A stretch of 63,650 nucleotides of DNA, filler included, from Nemertoderma westbladi (taxonomy: Eukaryota > Animalia > Xenacoelomorpha): NCBI GenBank assembly GCA_032718475.1. It is 3 parts of 3 records of this genome, joined end to end, with 100 filler letters (N's around TTAATTAATTAA, not from the genome) between each part and the next. Parts side by side here need not be neighbours in the genome. Positions count along the whole stretch, not along the records: positions 1 to 20,113 come from JAUCBJ010003145.1; 2 more parts are not named here. One strand, written 5' to 3'. Numbering within the stretch: position 1 is the first letter of the stretch; the number at the start of each line of letters is the position of its first letter. The notes under the pieces were generated by a model. The model was not told where the DNA came from. It worked only from the letters and a program-made list of their open reading frames with translations, and ran no database searches. Both the position numbers and the translations under genes were made by a program. Below are positions 1 through 13,267 of the stretch, in pieces.

Positions 1-1259
1 CTACAAGAAAGGAAATCGATCTCAAAAGATTGGATGAAAGGATTGAACAGACAGCAGCTCAGAGGGAGATCGAAACAGACCAGGTGGGAGTTTCTGATTG
101 GTTGATTTAATTGATAAGCTAAATCGTTATAAATAAATTGGATAGAATGTGAACTGCAGTTTAAACACGATTTTTAATTCCTCCATTTCTGCACGGCTCG
201 TATTTTGATTACATCACACTTGAATGCCGACATGTCGGTGGGTAACATTTTTATATCAGAAATAGCTACTTTTCTGTAGGTGCCATAAGTATTACCTTAA
301 AGGTGACATTTAGTCTTCTATAATTTTATATACCTAACTGCTGTTTACTAAAACTGTGTGCATAGAAATACAAGAATTTCTGAGGAACATAAAAAGGCTG
401 CTAATCACAGAAAAGACATCATAATGATGTTATTGAATATGATCCCTTTATCGAGTGGCTATCATTGTTCAGTGTAATTGGAAGTTATTAACTCTATTTA
501 TACAACTATGTTTATATTATATTATGTTTGTATTGACTATTACCTGTCATTTAATCGTGTACAATTATTTTAAAATTGTTAATATGTCGTGAGAGTCTTT
601 GTTTTGATAATTTATTTTGATGGCTTAATTATTTGCGGATCCTGTTGTGTTTTATTTAGGCAATTGGCGATCTTGAGATCCAACAGTTGGCTCTGGAGAG
701 CCAGAAACTCTGGCTGCATCAGGAGTTGGAGAAATACGCAGTGGATTTGTCTCGCGGAGACAACCCTAATCAAGGACTCCATCGTGGACCCGATGACGTG
801 CCAATAAAACCGGCCGAGACCGAGGTCAAACAGCTGTTGTTGCCAACACAACCGGCCCAGACAGAGGTCAAACAGCTGCTGGTGCAGGAGCGACTCGGTA
901 GAGCCGAGATGCAGCAGTTAGAAACGGAATTCTCTAAGGAGAAAGAAGCGCGGGAACATCTGTTACGGATGGAATCGGGAATACGGGAGGTTCGGTTGGA
1001 CAGTCGGAAATCCAAAGTGGAGAAAACTCGGGGAGAAGTCGGGAATTTAATGGGGGAGATCCAGTCCCGGTTAAACCCAACCGGTGGTGATGATAACAAC
1101 CCGGTATCAACCAAAAGGAAGGGAGAAAACAACGACACTGTTATTAATGGTTCCCATAGCGATGTGTCGTGCAGAACTTTCGAGGAAAAACAGCTGACAA
1201 TGTTAGCCGAAGTTAGACAACTAAGGCGGCGATTAGCTAATAAAACGAATTCTAATTAA
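1..1259 (+). CDS. 3' part of a spliced coiled-coil protein gene (exons <1..83 and 660..1259)
   Basis: Frame from nt 3 reads TRKEIDLKRLDERIEQTAAQREIETDQ up to CAG|GTGGGA at 83/84 (phase 0). Acceptor TTTATTTAG ends at 659, and the exon from 660 (AIGDLEIQQ) is in frame with ORF 687..1259. E/Q/K/R-rich helical composition; no recognisable domain. Confidence 0.5.
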
Positions 1260-2113
1260 TTAGTATACCTGCAGTGGACTCCTTTCTTTATTAATTTCCG
1301 CGTATCAAATTGGAATTTTGATAACTGTTAACTTAACTAATAATATTTGAACCGCGATTTTACTAATCTCAATCATGGCAACAAATTATTAATTCCAAAA
1401 TACAGATTCTCCAGTTCATTTACAACCATTCAAGTGTTGCTACTTACTGGATGGTGAATAAACACTGCCTTTTTGCTGTGTAATAAAGTAAACGTTATGG
1501 ATTTTATTGAAGTTGTGGTCATAGAGCTTCCATAATTTAAATATACACATATAGAGTTATAACTTTTTTTAATTAACACTCAGGAACTATAATAATCATT
1601 TTTAGTTTGTAATGAAATAGTTTGTTTTGGGAAGGTTTTAATGAATTTTTTGTGAATTTTTTGTGAATTTTTATTTTTACAGTACATCAGCTCGCATATT
1701 TCTATGAGAAAATGTTTCGTACAGCAAGCTGTAAAATAGGTTTAAGTTTTCTACTCTACTTTGACAACTTTTCAACCGCCAGTTGAATTATTATAAACTC
1801 AATAATTCTACATACTAGATATTGGTAGGTGTGAATATTACAATACTGTAATCTATTTTGTGGCATAACTACCGGTACTTTACAGAAATTGTTGAATCTG
1901 TAATATTTACGTATAATAATTTATGTAGGGTAAATTGTAAATTGTCATATTTTGGTTTGTTTTTTCCATATCTTCTCCAATTTTTAATAAAGTTTCCACG
2001 AGATAAAAATGTCAAAATTAAAGAAACACACGCATTGTACAATTTTCGCTATAGAATTTTCCTGTTTAGTGATTTCATTTCTAATGCCAAATTTAATGTT
2101 TCATGTATTCTAG

Positions 2114-2413
2114 ATTGTCTGTCTTTCTGTCAGCCTGCATGTCTATCTGTCTGTCTTTTGGCCTGTCTGTCTGTCAGTCAAAAATCATGAATGAAATACA
2201 CAACTGAAAATGTTGTTATAATGTAGGGGTTTCCCTGGTCTATGATTCCATTTCATGTCTGTTTTAAAGTTTAAAGGATTCCTATATGGTCTTTCCGGCT
2301 GTCTGTCTGTGTGTTATATTTTGACAGACAGACCGACAGGTATACAGACCAACAGCAAGCCTTTATATTTGAATACTGACACCAGAAATGGATTCACCGA
2401 CCAGGAAAACCTC
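2114..2413. repeat. (GTCT)n microsatellites and a degenerate inverted repeat, HINE/DINE-like remnant
   Basis: GTCT runs at ~2114-2176 and ~2299-2310. Segment ~2226-2310 (GGGGTTTCCCTGGTC..ATTCCATTTC..GTCTGTCTGT) is the imperfect reverse complement of ~2323-2413 (GACAGACAGAC..GAAATGGATTC..GACCAGGAAAACCTC). Confidence 0.5.
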
Positions 2414-2567
2414 TTTAAAGTTGTTCTCAGAGAGAAAGTGTTAAATTCCTTTGCTCTACTTCTAATGGAGGATTTATTACATCTGGGACTTTGTAGGGGA
2501 CCCAAATCGGTGTTTCCATCTAAGAGAATGTACGGGATACACATATCATTGGCTAATAATAACTGTT

Positions 2568-2736
2568 CCAAAATCTCGGCCATATAAACTCCCCATTCCA
2601 CAATCTCTACCATATAAACTCCCCATTCCACAATCTCTGTAATATAAACTCCCCATTCTACAATCTATGCCATATAAACTCCCCATTCCACAATCTCTGC
2701 CATATAAACTCCCCATTCCACACACACACACACACA

Positions 2737-2774
<38 letters not shown>

Positions 2775-5700
2775 CACACACACACAATATCTGCCATATA
2801 AACTCCCCACTCCGCAATCTCTGCCATATAAACTCCCCATTCCACAATCTCTGCCATATAAACTCCCCATTCCACAATCTCTGCCATATAAACTCCCCAC
2901 TGCGCAATCTCGGCCATATAAACTCCCATTCCACAATCTCTGCCATATAAACGCCCCATTCCTCAATCTCGGCCATATAAACGCCCCATTCCTCAATCTC
3001 GGCCATATAAACTCCCATTCCACAATCTCTGCCATATAAACGCCCCATTCCTCAATCTCGGCCATATAAACTCCCATTCCACAATCTCTGCCATATAAAC
3101 GCCCCATTCCTCAATCTCGGCCATATAAACGCCCCATTCCTCAATCTCGGCCATATAAACTCCCATTCCACAATCTCTGCCATATAAACGCCCCATTCCT
3201 CAATCTCGGCCATATAAACTCCCATTCCACAATCTCTGCCATATAAACTCCCCATTCCACAATCTCTGCCATATAAACGCCCCATTCCTCAATCTCGGCC
3301 ATATAAACTCCCATTCCACAATCTCTGCCATATAAACGCCCCATTCCTCAATCTCGGCCATATAAACTCCCATTCCACAATCTCTGCCATATAAACGCCC
3401 CATTCCTCAATCTCGGCCATATAAACTCCCCATTCCACAATCTCTGCCATATAAACTCCCCATTCCACAATAACTGCCAAATAAACTCCCCATTCCACAA
3501 TCTCTGCCATATAAACTCCCCATTCCACAATCTCTGCCATTTAAACTCCCCATTCCACAATTTCTGCCATATAAACTCCCCATTCCACAATCTCTGCCAT
3601 ATAAACTCCCCATTCCAGAATCTCTGCCATATAAAATCCCCATTCCACAATCTCTGCCATATAAACTCCCCATTAAACAATCTCTGCCATATAAACTCCC
3701 CATTTCACAATCTCTGTCATATAAACTCCTCATTCCACAATCTCTGCCATATAAACTCCCCATTCCACAATCTCTGCCATATAAACTCCCCATTCCACAA
3801 TCTCTGCCATATAAACTCCCCATTCCACAATCTCTGCCATATAAACTCCCCATTCCACAATCTCTGCCATATAAACTCCCCACTCCGCAATCTCTGCCAT
3901 ATAAACTCCTCATTCCACAATCTCTGCCATATAAACTCCCCATTCCACAATCTCTGCCATATAAACTCCCCATTCCACAATCTCTGCCATATAAACTCCC
4001 CACTCCGAAATCTCTGCCATATAAACTCCCCATTCCACAATCTCTGCCATATAAACTCCCCATTCCACAATCTCTGCCATATAAACTCCCCACTCCGCAA
4101 TCTCAGCTATATAAATTCCCCATCCTACAATCTCTGCCATATAAACTCCCCATTCCACAATCTCTGCCATATAAACGCCCCATTCCTCAATCTCGGCCAT
4201 ATAAACTCCCATTCCACAATCTCTGCCATATAAACGCCCCATTCCTCAATCTCGTCCATATAAACTCCCCATTCCACAATCTCTGCCATATAAACTCCCC
4301 ATTCCACAATATCTGCCAAATAAACTCCCCATTCCACAATCTCTGCCATGTAAACTCCCCATTCCACAATCTCTGCCATTTAAACTCCCCATTCCACAAT
4401 TTCTGCCATATAAACTCCCCATTCCACAATCTCTGCCATATAAACTCCCCATTCCACAATCTCTGCCATATAAAATCCCCATTCCACAATCTCTTCCATA
4501 TAAACTCCCCATTAAACAATCTCTGCCATATAAACTCCCCATTCCACAATCTCTGCCATATAAACTCCTCATTCCACAATCTCTGCCATATAAACTCCCC
4601 ATTCCACAATCTCTGCCATATAAACTCCTCATTCCTCAATCTCTGCCATATAAATTCCCCATCCTACAATCTCTGCCATATAAACTCCCCATTCCACAAT
4701 CTCTGCCATATAAACGCCCCATTCCTCAATCTCGGCCATATAAACTCCCATTCCACAATCTCTGCCATATAAACGCCCCATTTCTCAATCTCGGCCACAT
4801 AAACTCCCCATTCCACAATCTCTGCCATATAAACTCCCCATTCCACAATCTCTGCCAAATAAACTCCCCATTCCACAATCTCTGCCATATAAACTCCCCA
4901 TTAAACAATCTCTGCCATATAAACTTCCCATTCCACAATCTCTGCCATATAAACTCCCCATTCCACAATCTCTGCCATATAAACTCCCATTCCACAATCT
5001 CTGCCATATAAACTCCCCATTCCACAATCTCTGCCATATAAACTCCCCATTCCACAATCTCTGCCATATAAACTCCCATTCCACAATCTCTGCCATATAA
5101 ACTTCCCATTCCACAATCTCTGCCATATAAACTCCCCATTCCACAATATCTGCCATATAAACTCCCCATTCCACAATCTCTGCCATCTAAACACCCCATT
5201 CCACAATCTCTGCCATATAAACTCCCCATTCCACAATCTCTGTCATCTAAACACCCCATTCCACAATCTCTGCCATATAAACTCCCCATACCACACAATC
5301 TGCCATATAAACTCCCCATTCCACAATCTCTGCCATATAAACTCCCCAGTCCACAATCTCTGCCATATAAACTCCCCATTCCACAATCTCTGCCATCTAA
5401 ACACCCCATTCCACAATCTCTGCCATATAAACTCCCCACTCCACAATCTCTGCCATATAATATCTCCCCATTCAACAATCTCTGTCATATAAACTCCCCA
5501 TTCCACAATCTCTGCCATATAAACTCCCCATTCCACAATCTCTGTCATATAAACTCCCATTCCACAATATCTGCCATATAAACTCCCCATTCCACAATCT
5601 CTGCCATCTAAACACCCCATTCCACAATCTCTGCCATATAAACTCCCCATTCCACAATCTCTGTCATCTAAACACCCCATTCCACAATCTCTGCCATATA

Positions 5701-7062
5701 AACTCCCCATTCAACAATCTCTGTCATATAAACTCCCCATTCCACAATTTCTGCCATATAAACTCCCCAGTCCACAATCTCTGCCATATAAACTCCCCAT
5801 TCCACAATCTCTGCCATCTAAACACCCCATTCCACAATCTCTGCCATATAAACTCCCCACTCCACAATCTCTGCCATATAATATCTCCCCATTCAACAAT
5901 CTCTGTCATATAAACTCCCCATTCCACAATCTCTGCCATATAAACTCCCCATTCCACAATCTCTGTCATATAAACTCCCCATTCCAAAATATATGCCATA
6001 TAAACTCCCCATTCAACAATCTCTGTCATATAAACTCCCCATTCCACAATCTCTGCCATATAAACTCCCCAGTCCACAATCTCTGCCATATAAATTCCCC
6101 ATTCCACAATCTCTGCCATCTAAACACCCCATTCCACAATCTCTGCCATATAAACTCCCCACTCCACAATATCTGCCATATAATATCTCCCCATTCAACA
6201 ATCTCTGTCATATAAACTCCCCATTCCACAATCTCTGCCATATAAACTCCCCATTCCACAATCTCTGTCATATAAACTCCCCATTCCACAATATCTGCCA
6301 TATAAACTCCCCATTCAACAATCTCTGTCATATAAACTCCCCATTCCACAATCTCTGCCATATAAACTCCCCAGTCCACAATCTCTGCCATATAAACTCC
6401 CCATTCCACAATCTCTGCCACCTAAACACCCCATTCCACAATCTCTGCCATATAAACTCCCCACTCCACAATCTCTGCCATATAATATCTCCCCATTCAA
6501 CAATATCTGTCATATAAACTCCCCATTCCACAATCTCTGCCATATAAACTCCCCATTCAACAATCTCTGTCATATAAACTCCCCATTCCACAATATCTGC
6601 CATATAAACTCCCCAGTCCACAATCTCTGCCATATAAACTCCCCATTCCACAATCTCTGCCATCTAAACACCCCATTCCACAATCTCTGCCATAGAAACT
6701 CCCCACTCCACAATCTCTGCCATATAATATCTCCCCATTCAACAATCTCTGTCATATAAACTCCCCATTCCACAATCTCTGCCATATAAACTCCCCATTC
6801 CACAATCTGTGTCATATAAACTCCCCATTCCACAATATCTGCCAGATAAACTCCCCATTCAACAATATCTGCCATCTAAACACCCCATTCCACAATCTCT
6901 ACCATATAAACTCCCCACTCCACAATCTCTGCCATATAATATCTCCCCATTCAACAATCTCTGTCATATAAACTCCCCATTCCACAATCTCTGCCATATA
7001 AACTCCCCATTCCACAATCTCTGTCATATAAACTCCCCATTCCACCATCTCTGTCATATAAA
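2568..7062. repeat. 30-bp minisatellite, ~150 copies, consensus CCATATAAACTCCCCATTCCACAATCTCTG
   Basis: Directly visible tandem array with 29- and 31-bp variant units and higher-order blocks. Confidence 0.98.
2718..2785. repeat. (CA)n microsatellite expanded inside one minisatellite unit
   Basis: The CACA of the unit ..TTCCACAATC.. is expanded to a ~68-bp CA run, after which the unit resumes with ATATCTGCC. Confidence 0.95.
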
Positions 7063-8379
7063 CCAAGATCCAAGTCGAAATTGAATCGAAATTCAATTGA
7101 ATTGAATAGAAATCGAAACGAAATTGAATCTGTATAGCGGTTACTGTCGCTCTCTAGATTGTTTTTAAAGCTTTTACAGTTTTAAAACTCTAAAAATTAA
7201 AAATAAGTTAAAATATTTTTTTATTTCTTTTTTTGAGTTTTAAAACTTTAAAAACTTCACTGCAAAATAAATAGTTTATTTTAAAATCAATATCAAAATT
7301 CTACACTTATCTTGTTGCATATCCCAAGACCAAGATTCCAAGATCACCGTTTCTTCATAGTCCGGAGATAAAACTGAGAACTTAGTACCGAGCTATGGTT
7401 ATATCGGCCCCGGAAATTAATTATTTAGCACCAAATATTTTTCTGCAGCACCAATTGACATCCCCTAATCTAAATATCTCATCCCTAAAATCATTAAATT
7501 ACTCATACTGGTACCCAAAACAATTATTTGTACCCCAATTTTAATTCGCTTTCAACCAAAAACGATACCAAATATGATGTTTCTTCGAATATTTTATGGA
7601 ACTTTATTCATTAAATTTTATTAATTATTCATTAACCATAAAAAGGTTTATCTTTATATGTTTGTTCATTTGTATATTATAGTATCCGAACACTGTAACC
7701 TGCTCATTTTTCTATTTTTAATGCTATCGTTTATTGCTTTGTTTAGAAAACCCATTCTCTATAACCTGGCTATTTCGATATGTTTTTTTTTTAGAAAGTA
7801 CAAACCTATATAAACTGCTTCTTTCCTTAAACCTCAATTATTTGTAATTTCATAATGATAAAATAAATCCCAACGGTAAATTTATGGTTTGAATTGAATT
7901 TATGGTTATGATTTAATATGAAGATATGTATTTATTTCTGGGAATATATATTTATTTTGTTGAAAATTTGTATTTATTTTTGGGAATATATATTTATTTT
8001 GGAGAAAATTTGAATTTATTTTTGTGTGTTTGACATTTATTTTGGTATGGATCATTCATTGGTTTTTGGGACCATTTTTCTTTGTTATTTGGTGTTGATA
8101 TAATAATTGTTTTGGTGAAATTTTCATCAATTTTGCTGACTTTAATAGCCTAAAATAACCAACGTGCGATCAGAGTGTGGGCTATATTATATACATATCT
8201 CTAAATAAGTTTCCCAAAATAACGCCCATATCTCGAGATATCCGAATATTCATACAATCAATCAATATATCTATCTGTGATAAGATTACTATATGTGACA
8301 ATAGTAATACCCAATTAAAACTTATATAACATTGGTAATTAATTAAAAATGGCCGCTTTCAGCCACAGAAGGGAACTTA

Positions 8380-10308
8380 GTGACTTTATCTCCGATCGAT
8401 ATTATCAGGGAAACAGGAGGTTTTAATTCGCCATCTTTTAGCGTTCCAACTAATTCCATCGAGGAAATAAAAGAACAGCTAGAATGTATTCCCGATGTGA
8501 ATCTATCTGATCCAGCGATCGATCTGTTGGAGAATGTTGATGACGTCAGTTCCGGTAGACAGTCGGTTACTGTTGCTCCAGCTGTACTAAGTGCCGAGGT
8601 ATCGGTTAACGATAAACTCGCTAACAGTTTGGGACGCGTTGGTTCCGAAACCGAATGGACTTCTAGTGGCGGATGTCCGACCGCAGCAACTGAGCAAGAA
8701 GAAATGGATACAGTGGTTTCGGGTTCTTCTACAGTTGAGTTGCATTTAAATATCATCGTAACTCCTAAATCGACGGCTCCTTTCAAACCCCGATGTGGTT
8801 TACGACCCAGAAAGGGGGTCCCCGATTACGCCAACCGCAACTGCCCGATTAAGGCCTTTAACCAGTTTATATTCTGCGACCTTTGCGGCGAGGAATATAA
8901 TGAATTACAGTGTCCGGTACACGGGGAGTTTAACTTCATACCGAATACCGAAACCACTCTTGGTGGAAGGAACCGGGGCAGCAGATCACTTCCGCCGTGT
9001 TTGGAGATAAAGAAATATCTAATTCATAATAAAGGGGTGTTTACCAAGGTCGACTTGAATCCAGGAACATTATTTGGTCCTTATCATGGAGAGAGGAAAC
9101 CAGGTAAACCTAAATCCGGTAAGTCTGATGGTTACAGCTGGTTGCTGTTGGATGATGAGGGTAGATACTTTACTATCAGCGGGAGACAGGAGTGCAAGTC
9201 GAATTGGATGCGGTACGTAAATTGCGCCAAATGGGAACAGGAACAAACCCTCTGTGGGTTCCAGTTGGGAGGGGATATATATTATCGGGTCTGTAAAGCA
9301 GTTGCTGCCGGTACGGAACTCCTTACTTGGTACGGAACGAGTTACGCGGAAGAAATGGGATTAATTAGTAAACAACCGAAGGATAAGAAATTGGGGATGA
9401 AAGTTATGGAAGACGGGATGATTCTGTGTACCGTGTGTGGAAGTTACCAGTCTGTTAATCAGGAGGCAATTATTAGACACCAAAGTAGTCTAGGTGGATG
9501 TGCTGAGAGAAAGAGATTGGATTTAGCTCACGATATGAGTTTGCATAAATTCCCGTGTGAACATTGCGACGTTGTCTACACCGTGGAATCTTTTCTCGTT
9601 TCCCATTTAAAACGGAAACACAATGAACCCGGTTCTACTCCAACAGGTTTGGGTTCCAACGTTCCCACTGGTACCAAGAAACGTTCCAGTTTAGATAAAC
9701 CTGTTGATAGTTTGGGATGCAGTTCTTGCGGGAAGGTGTTCCGATTTAAATCCCAACTAATGGAGCACGAACGGGTTCACTCTGGTGAGAAGCCGTTCAG
9801 CTGCTCTACATGTAGTAAAGCTTTCAGCAAACAGTCCAGTCTAACAACCCACCAACGCACTCACTCTGGGGAGAAACCCTTCCAATGTATTATGTGCAGC
9901 AAAGCTTTCTCAGAGAGCGGCCATCTAATAAAACACAATCGTACCCACACAGGAGATAAACCCTACAGCTGCAACGTCTGTAGTAAATCATTCACCACAA
10001 GTTCCTATCTAACAACCCACCAACGCATCCACACAGGAGATAAACCCTACAGTTGCAACGTCTGTAGTAAATCATTCGCTAGGAGTTCCCATCTAACAGC
10101 CCACCAACGTATCCACACAGGAGATAAACCCTACAGTTGTAACGTCTGTAGTAAATCATTCACCCAGAGTTCCTATCTAACAACCCACCAACGTATCCAC
10201 ACAGGAGATAAACCCTACATCTGTGATACTTGCGGTAAAGCATTCTCCCAAACATCAAGTCTATCGACCCATAAACGTAACCAGCACAGCGTACCTCAAA
10301 CTCCTTAA
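8380..10308 (+). CDS. PRDM9/PRDM7-like PR/SET histone methyltransferase with C2H2 zinc-finger array (no KRAB/SSXRD visible), intronless
   Basis: Zinc knuckle FCDLCGEEYNELQCPVHG; PR/SET motifs SLPPCLEI, GTLFGPYHG, GYSW, SNWMRYVNCA, EQ, IYYR, GTELLTWYGTSYAEEMG, collinear with PRDM9; post-SET finger CEHC..HLKRKH; seven tandem C2H2 fingers with TGEKP/TGDKP linkers. Start uncertain (see findings). AATAAA near 10405 and 10433. Confidence 0.88.
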   Translation: MTLSPIDIIRETGGFNSPSFSVPTNSIEEIKEQLECIPDVNLSDPAIDLLENVDDVSSGRQSVTVAPAVLSAEVSVNDKLANSLGRVGSETEWTSSGGCPTAATEQEEMDTVVSGSSTVELHLNIIVTPKSTAPFKPRCGLRPRKGVPDYANRNCPIKAFNQFIFCDLCGEEYNELQCPVHGEFNFIPNTETTLGGRNRGSRSLPPCLEIKKYLIHNKGVFTKVDLNPGTLFGPYHGERKPGKPKSGKSDGYSWLLLDDEGRYFTISGRQECKSNWMRYVNCAKWEQEQTLCGFQLGGDIYYRVCKAVAAGTELLTWYGTSYAEEMGLISKQPKDKKLGMKVMEDGMILCTVCGSYQSVNQEAIIRHQSSLGGCAERKRLDLAHDMSLHKFPCEHCDVVYTVESFLVSHLKRKHNEPGSTPTGLGSNVPTGTKKRSSLDKPVDSLGCSSCGKVFRFKSQLMEHERVHSGEKPFSCSTCSKAFSKQSSLTTHQRTHSGEKPFQCIMCSKAFSESGHLIKHNRTHTGDKPYSCNVCSKSFTTSSYLTTHQRIHTGDKPYSCNVCSKSFARSSHLTAHQRIHTGDKPYSCNVCSKSFTQSSYLTTHQRIHTGDKPYICDTCGKAFSQTSSLSTHKRNQHSVPQTP

Positions 10309-10774
10309 AGAATCCTTAAACTGTTGTGTATCGAGGGAAGGATCTTTAGTCGCTCGATCTGTGGAATTACTGAACTTAGTCTTCTCACAAGGAAGAATAG
10401 ACTAAATAAATTATATTAGGATTCGTTTTTATAATAAATTACATTTTATTTTGTAATAGTTGTTACTATATAAAGTGTATAGTTTTACTACCGGTACTAT
10501 AGGCCTCACTTATGCAACAATATTGTAGGAACAAACAAATTATACTGATAAAGGAAGGTCGACCTACCCAGTGGTCTTTTAGAATATTAATTTATACCTA
10601 ATGTATACCTTATTTAATTTAGTATCAATTAATTAATAATAAAATATAATTTATTATAAATTGTATTTTTGAAGTTATAATAATGGGGTGGGGGGTTAGA
10701 ACAGCATTTTGGTTAAAAAAAATCATTAAATTGGTTTTATGATAGCTATTATAATACACTATTCTACATCTACC

Positions 10775-12653
10775 CAAGGGAATGGTAGAGTGCTTACAAC
10801 GCGGTGGATTTCGCCTAACCAAATTCACTAGTAACTCCCGTGAGTTCCTGGAATCGATCCCAGTAGAAGACCGAGGTGTTAAAGACCTTGACCTCATTAA
10901 GGACGATCTTCCAGAAACCAAGACTCTTGGATTGAAATGGGACACGGAGAGAGATATTTTATTCTTTCAATGGAAGCAACGAGATAATCCAGTTAGAACT
11001 AAACGGATTTGTCTGAGTATTCTGAGCACTTATTTCGATCCGTTGGGATTCATTAGCCCAGTCATACTAGTTGCCCGGAGCTTAGTACAACAAAATGTGG
11101 CTCGAAAACCACTCGTGGGATGATCCACTCAAGGGAGAACTGCTAAAGAAGTGGATGAAATGGGAAGATTCTTTACCATTTATCGAGAACTTTAAGATTT
11201 CCCACTCGTATTTCGGTCACGTTATTCCCACGTATTCCTATCAACTCAATGTTTCTGGAGACGCCAGCGATATTGGAATAGATATAGTAGCCTACCTGAG
11301 GGTTGAAACACCCGATGGAATTAAAGTTTCATTAGCCACCTCTAAGGCCCTAATAAACAACAAAGTGTTGTTAAGAAATCCACAGATGCGCTTAAGGGAT
11401 CGTTTCTCTAGCACAATGATCGATGGGTTAATACGTGTTGGAGGGAGATTAACCAATGCTACATTGTCCTTTGACACTAAGTTTCCCATACTCATTATAA
11501 ATCTTGAAGTACAAATCAAGATGATTGTAGATGTTCACAGTAAGCTTTACCACGCTGGTAGAGAACGAGTTCTTAGCGAAATTCGAACTCGCTATTATTT
11601 CCATAAGCCCCATAGAGCTCTAAACCAAGTTCTTAGGAACTGTATACCCTGTAGGAAAGCATTTAGTAGGCCTTTAACACAGCAAGAGGCAGAATTACCT
11701 AGGGAACGAGTAAGCTGTTATGAACCACCCTTTACTAATACTGGTGTGGATTTATTTGGCCCTATTGAAGTATATCATGCTAGGACTATAGTCAAGCGAT
11801 GGTGCGTCATCTTTGTCTGTATGACTTGTAGAGCGATCCATCTAGATATGGTGAACGATCTATCTACCAACAGCTTCATACTGAGTTTACGCCGACAAAT
11901 CGCTCATTTTGGGACTAGCAACACTATGAGATCTGACAAAGGAACTAATTTCATTGGCGCCAATAACGAGATTAAAGCTTACGTAAAGGATTGGAACCAA
12001 AGACAGGTGGACGATCAGCTAAGAGTAACAGCATCTAGCTGGACGACGCCGACGCCGCCGACGCCCCTTGGTGGGGAGGAAGTTGGGAGAGACTCATACG
12101 TACCGTAAAGACCGCATTTCACTTTATAGTGCCGTGCCGCGCCTATCTCACCAACGAACTTTTGCAGACGTTAATGGAAGAAATCGCCGCCTATCTCAAC
12201 GAGAGACCGCTTATGCCAGTCTCATCTAGTCCCGCCTCCCTAGAAGTGCTAACACCTGTGCATTTCCTACTAAAGAAACCTGTAGCCATGCTCCCGCAAT
12301 CGGAAATAACAGACGGAGATGAATACTGCTGACAAACTTGGCAACTTATGCAGTTATTATCCCGTCGTTTCACTGACCATTTCGAAAAACATTATTTTCC
12401 TACGCTATAACGCTGGTTTGCGCAGCAAGAAAACGTCAGCGCTGGAGACATGTTCCTTATCGTGGAATCAGATCTTCCCCGTAAGCGGTGGCAGACAGGT
12501 CGTATCATCAAGACTCATATATCCGATGATGGTTTAGTGCGATCGGTAGAACTCGTCGTCATGCGACGTAACTTTAAGAAACCTGGAATTGTGTTCGAAA
12601 CGCAACAACTTAATCGCCCGGTTGGTCGTTTATGTTTACTGGAAAGAGACTGA
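10775..12653 (+). mobile_element. Degenerate BEL/Pao LTR-retrotransposon pol (RT end, RNase H, integrase, DUF5641-like tail)
   Basis: GGFRLTKFTSNS, KTLGLKWD, FDPLGFISP, WDDPL, GDAS, GLIRVGGRL, H-H..C-C zinc motif, PFTNTGVDLFGP, FVCMTCRAIHLDMV, SDKGTNF, LNERPL, LTPVHFL, W..GRI..DGLVRSV..RPVGRLCLLE. Several frameshifts and an internal deletion near 11350. Confidence 0.93.
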
Positions 12654-13267
12654 GAATTGTCCGGTAACTATGGAAGGCAAGAGACTCTTCCCACGACCAC
12701 CTCCCTAATCCAACAAACATCTAGGGACTCCCCAATGTAACAGCGTTTGGAGTGGGTGTGTGACTACATTATTTAATTTTTTTATATTTTTATATTTATA
12801 TTTATGTATGCATTATTATGTAATTTCTATTATTATAATCGTTTTCTTTAATTTTATTTAGTAGAATAATATTTTAACGATTATTCAGTAGATTAGTGTA
12901 ATATATTTTGTGTTTTATTACTTAATTACTTAGTATAATATATTTCGTTAACGGCGAGAAATAATTTCATTTTCTCTTTCCTTACTGTCCGTATCCTACT
13001 ATAAATACGTGACTACAGTAAGATGAAATGTCAGTACTTATTAAAGTACAATAAAGCTCCTACTATACTTAAGTATTATTGGTAAGTAGAGTATTAGGAA
13101 AGCAAAGTTCAGATCCTCGTGTCTCGGTTAAACCAAGCTCTGGGTAGACCTTGGAAATGACTTGCCTCTTCTCACTGACATTGCTTGTTGCAATATTGCT
13201 CTCTTACCGTATCTTAAATAATACATATAGTAGAAAGATGTCCATTTTAACAGTAAGCGCGCAAAAT

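Noticed and set aside
2546-7096. Dozens of minus-strand ORFs (MGSLYGRDCG / MAEIVEWGVY / GEFIWQRLWN repeats)
   Set aside because: By-products of a 30-bp unit lacking stops on one strand; frames switch at every 29/31-bp unit.
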